A stretch of 64,000 nucleotides of DNA from Ophelia neglecta (Eukaryota): positions 78,616,001-78,680,000 of the forward strand of contig OZ260662.1 of assembly GCA_965285935.1 (NCBI GenBank). The letters run 5' to 3'. A model generated the notes under the pieces. That model did no database searches. It was given only the letters and a program-made list of their open reading frames with translations, and was not told the DNA's origin. Each line of letters opens with the position of its first letter. Positions within the stretch are counted from its first letter, which is position 1. Of this stretch, positions 59,372 to 64,000 are shown in pieces. Position numbers and translations under genes: made by a program.

Positions 59372-60667
59372 AGAAATTTAAAACTTTAGCGAGTCTTTGT
59401 TATATTTATGCAGTATTAGTGGCACATTTTGTAAATGAGTTAGAATTATTCGACTATTATTAGTAGACATTACTAAAAAAAATCCAGGTTCAATTTAAAT
59501 TGAATCAATGTAAAAATTAAATAATTAAGATGGAATTAATTACATGTGCGGCGCATATAGGCCTATTTAGTTGCCAAATCACTGAAAAAATAGTAGGCAT
59601 CAAATTGAATACCGCAAACCTGTATATATAGAATATACTATCGCGCGATGATTGAAAGTTGTGCACCCAGTTCTATAGAAAATTACCCCCCCCCCCCCCC
59701 CCCCCCGATAAATGAAGAACACACCTAGGGTTCGAACTCGGAATTGGTTCGTCCGGTGATTTTGATTTTGATGCTTTGGAAAATATTCTAGCTACGGTAA
59801 TGTATGGTACAGGCGTGGCGCCCTCTATGTTCTCTTTGACGTACTAGGTTTTCACAACCAAACGTCAACAAGCTGCATGGTCAGTGAGGAAGTATGCTAT
59901 CGGACAGATGAGGACGTCTTTTCGCCACATTGTAAAGAATGGGCGAAGCTAAAGGTAGGAATATAAAGACTGTAACTTCCCCGTATAGCGGAATTTATTA
60001 TTACATTACATAGAAATCAGTCGTTGCGCTGTTGAGTAATGAATCTTTGGCGTGATAACAACATGTGCAGAGTGCCAGAGAGGGTAGAACAGCTAACACT
60101 GTCTTTCCTGTACGTAGTGGGCAGGTAAGCAGGATGGTAATGGCTAAAGCTATAAATATAATAAATATCGTATCTAGCCCTCCCTGACGATGATGATAAG
60201 TTTGATGATGATAAGTTTTATTCCTCCACAAATGAAGATTTCAAGCAAGTTATACATGAGAGTGATCAAATAATAGGTGTTATGTACATTAATGTGGTCG
60301 GATAAACATAAACGAAGGAGGAACAAACCACATTTAAATCAGGTCGGGTGAGAATAAAAAAAGTTTGTCTAATTAAGGTAACGAACATTACACTAACGTG
60401 TCTTGCATACAGAGACTACGCGCACGATACATCCTATAAGTGCAACTTGCCACTTCACCGTACAACATAGCGTGAGTTTTACTGAAGAATTTCCCCAATA
60501 TAATGCAGAGACTTGTCTCCTCAGTGTGACCCTGTGTACCAATGATATTACTTAATGTGAGAAGGGTGGCCTTGACGCCAATAGTGTTCTCAGTCGACTA
60601 TGAGGACTAGCAGTTTCGAGAGGAATAACTCATTCGTTTTCCCGTGCTGTTTATAAAGGTGCACCCC

Positions 60668-61000
60668 CCCGGGGGGGGGCACTCAGTCTGGAAATTGGTA
60701 CATATGTGCCGCCCAGTCTTCAAATCACAGGCGCAAACTCTACAAAATTGCTGAAAACAGGGGTCGATATTCTACATTTCAGCCAGATATAGGGGTCAAA
60801 ATTCTATTTTTTAACCAAATATAGGGGTCGAAATTCTACATTTCAATCAAAAGTCGTACATATGCTAAAAAACAGGGGTCGAAATTCTACATGTAGGTAA
60901 AAAACAGAGGGTCGAAATTCTACATAGGTCGAAAAAGGGGGGTCGAAACGGCGGCACATATGTAATAACCTCAGTATACAGAGTGCCCCTCCCCCCCGGG
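60668..61000. mobile_element. 333-bp MITE with CCCGGG(G)nCACTC TIR and 8-bp TSD
   Basis: TSD TGCACCCC at 60660-60667 and 61001-61008; inner inverted TACATATGTGCCGCC; ~6 tandem AGGGGTCGAAATTCTACA repeats. Confidence 0.85.
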
Positions 61001-61451
61001 TGCACCCCAAACCGACTGGCCCCCAATTAAACATAGAGTGACTAGATTCACAGTGCGTAGTGGAGAATCTCAATGCTTGATTGAAATCGCTGCACCCAGG
61101 GGAGAGGTTGTCACTCAACTTAATGTAAGACTCGGATGCTCCAAGTTGGTACTCCAAACCTATACCCTTTCCCATAACATTTCGCAACCCTATATCCATA
61201 AGTCAAATTTCCTAATGGGGAAATAGCCCAAAGCAATACTTCTAACACCGGTGAAGTAAATACTATCTCTATTATTTTTTGGGCGTGCGACAGGGTATAG
61301 AAAACTTGCCATATACCCCTAGGTCCTCTGTCCAAAATTGGATGGTTGAGAAACTTTTTGTGTTACTTGGGTAACAAATTGAAAATAACTACTTTGAAAT
61401 TCCATAATTTTGTTTAAATACCGACCCCATAGCCAAAACACAATTAGTTTT

Positions 61452-64000
61452 ATTACCCCTTGGCCATAACGTCATGACAAATTATAAATAGACCTGACCC
61501 ATTTGCTCGGAGCATCCCTTCCAGTCTTAATACAAAGAGAACCCTTTTAGTGCACTTTATCTCCACCAGGTGATACAATGTCAGAAATATTTCTTCCCCT
61601 CACATTGGGCGAGGGGCTTGAACAGTTTTTTTACTGTCTCCTCTGAGCATAGTTTGCAATTTTGACAATAATTTAATTATTGAGCATTTACTACTGACGG
61701 AATTATGTTAAAAAATAAATGAAAATTTGTTGACACCTCCAACCAGTTTACTGATCAATTGCAAGTTCAATAATGGATTATTTTCGCAAAGGTGTTTTTG
61801 AGTTTTCTTATTCATTTGTTTCAAAACTATTAAAAACATACAAAATACTATTTATTGTGACAGTTTGAATTAAAGATGTTAACCAGGGGCTAAGGGACAG
61901 TATCCTTTGGTGCTAAAACAAATCAAATTAAATCAATTAATATCTTTTAATTAAACTAAACCAACAAATTAAAAAAGCATATGATAATGAACTGAAATAT
62001 CACTAAGTAAAAAGCTGCATACCGACCGATTACATGTACATGTATAACCAATGACCCGTCAGTTGTTGGTTACCAGTTATCCAGGTATGAGAATTTTCCG
62101 CGGATTTGCGATTTCCGAGTTTTTTCCCCCCCTTTGAAACCCCCTGGTGCACCCCTGCGGTGCCCATGCCTGCCTATTTACTTAGGTACCTACCGCAGGC
62201 ATTTTCAGAGTTTTTTTTAAAGATTCCCAATTTCATCCCTGGTTATCAGTTCTGCCTTTGCAATCAATTCCCAACACTGCCTTTGTCTCTGTCTTATCTT
62301 GTGGGATGTTTACTTTGTCAGGTGCCTTTTAATTACCATCAAAGCCTCCCTGCCTCATAAACACATAGAAATGAAAATTGCATTGATATCCAGTGGATAG
62401 TATCATGATATGTACCTTATCGTTTGACACCTTCTCGGGCCAAGGGATTAAAAACAGGTTCAAACTGAGCACCACATATGTAATGTTTTCAATATGATCT
62501 CCCTTATATCACATTTTGGATGCCACACATGTGTTATCTTGTGGTGTCCTTAAAGAACATGTACTTAGGGGCCGGCTACTTAAAATATTTACTTAGGAGC
62601 TTCTCGTGATGATTTGTGAGATCAAGTGAATAGTGAATTATCAGACAAAGGCCATATACCAGCCTTTTATAAATTATGAATGATACCGGTAAATGTACAT
62701 TGGTTATTGCATTTAATGTTAAACATAAAGTTTATTGATACTGTACTAAAGTGACTGCACAGTTTTAGTGCCATACTGAATAATGTACAAAGTCTGATTT
62801 AATGGACATATTATTTCCCAGTTCAAATGAAAAAAAGTTTGCAAGGCCAAATGTCGGAAGTCTTTCCCGACTATAATAGCCCACATGTATTTTGCGGGAG
62901 TAGTCATTTTTTGCTAAGCAAGCTTCATCAACAGCCAAGTTTCGCGCTGCCGAAGAGCATCTTTTATTTGTCAGGAACCTTTAATTTAATGAAGACAAGG
63001 ACATGTTTTTTTTATGACCACACATAAACCAAATGGAAGGCATGTTCCACCAGACATGGGGCGAAGACACTGAAAAGTATACTAATAGGAACAGGAATAC
63101 GAATGCACATATTTTTTTTCTAATGTATTCATGATTACCCCTTGGCCATAACGTCATGACAAATTATAAATAGACCTGACCCATTTGCTCGGAGCATCCC
63201 TTCCAGTCTTAATACAAAGAGAACCCTTTTAGTGCACTTTATCTCCACCAGGTGATACAATGTCAGAAATATTTCTTCCCCTCACATTGGGCGAGGGGCT
63301 TGAACAGTTTTTTTACTGTCTCCTCTGAGCATAGTTTGCAATTTTGACAATAATTTAATTATTGAGCATTTACTACTGACGGAATTATGTTAAAAAATAA
63401 ATGAAAATTTGTTGACACCTCCAACCAGTTTACTGATCAATTGCAAGTTCAATAATGGATTATTTTCGCAAAGGTGTTTTTGAGTTTTCTTATTCATTTG
63501 TTTCAAAACTATTAAAAACATACAAAATACTATTTATTGTGACAGTTTGAATTAAAGATGTTAACCAGGGGCTAAGGGACAGTATCCTTTGGTGCTAAAA
63601 CAAATCAAATTAAATCAATTAATATCTTTTAATTAAACTAAACCAACAAATTAAAAAAGCATATGATAATGAACTGAAATATCACTAAGTAAAAAGCTGC
63701 ATACCGACCGATTACATGTACATGTATAACCAATGACCCGTCAGTTGTTGGTTACCAGTTATCCAGGTATGAGAATTTTCCGCGGATTTGCGATTTCCGA
63801 GTTTTTTCCCCCCCCTTTGAAACCCCCTGGTGCACCCCTGCGGTGCCCATGCCTGCCTATTTACTTAGGTACCTACCGCAGGCATTTTCAGAGTTTTTTT
63901 TAAAGATTCCCAATTTCATCCCTGGTTATCAGTTCTGCCTTTGCAATCAATTCCCAACACTGCCTTTGTCTCTGTCTTATCTTGTGGGATGTTTACTTTG
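61452..64000 (+). repeat. Near-identical tandem duplication, period 1682 bp (second copy cut by the window end)
   Basis: 63134-64000 reproduces 61452-62317 base for base, apart from one extra C in a homopolymer. Confidence 0.95.

Noticed and set aside
59725-59745. tRNA B-box-like GGGTTCGAACTC
   Set aside because: No cloverleaf or A box; probably a SINE head fragment, not a tRNA gene.
60001-60231. Hydrophobic 76-aa minus-strand ORF
   Set aside because: No true ATG, it includes a local 15-bp duplication, and the + strand has better promoter and splice signals.
51393-64000. Downstream OMP-decarboxylase exons completing a normal UMPS
   Set aside because: No ODC motifs found by eye or in the ORF track; exon 5 has an in-frame stop followed by AATAAA.

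Overview
Animal (invertebrate) genomic DNA with AT-rich GT-AG introns; a MetaSINE-like repeat suggests a mollusc or other lophotrochozoan (inference). It is not prokaryotic, so most entries in the ORF track are exon fragments or noise. Five spliced genes can be reconstructed by hand: (1) NUP214 (+, 5' end outside the window, stop at 14563); (2) CRAT, carnitine O-acetyltransferase (-, 14 coding exons, ~631 aa, mitochondrial-type leader and C-terminal SKL); (3) an RNASEK / V-ATPase subunit f-like gene (+, 102 aa) nested antisense in the large 5' intron of CRAT; (4) PTPA/PPP2R4 (+, 10 exons, 321 aa), head-to-head with CRAT as in human; (5) a stand-alone orotate phosphoribosyltransferase-like gene (+, 5 exons, 226 aa) that stops where animal UMPS would continue into the OMP-decarboxylase domain. 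The rest holds many non-autonomous DNA transposons (TIRs, several with TA, TAA, 5-bp or 8-bp target-site duplications), SINE/LINE fragments, minisatellites and a near-identical 1.68-kb tandem duplication at the right edge. The most notable items are the decarboxylase-less UMPS paralogue with altered active-site motifs, the nested RNASEK-like gene, the CRAT alternative 5' exon, and the NUP214-CRAT-PTPA linkage. All gene identities come from recalled motif similarity, not database searches.
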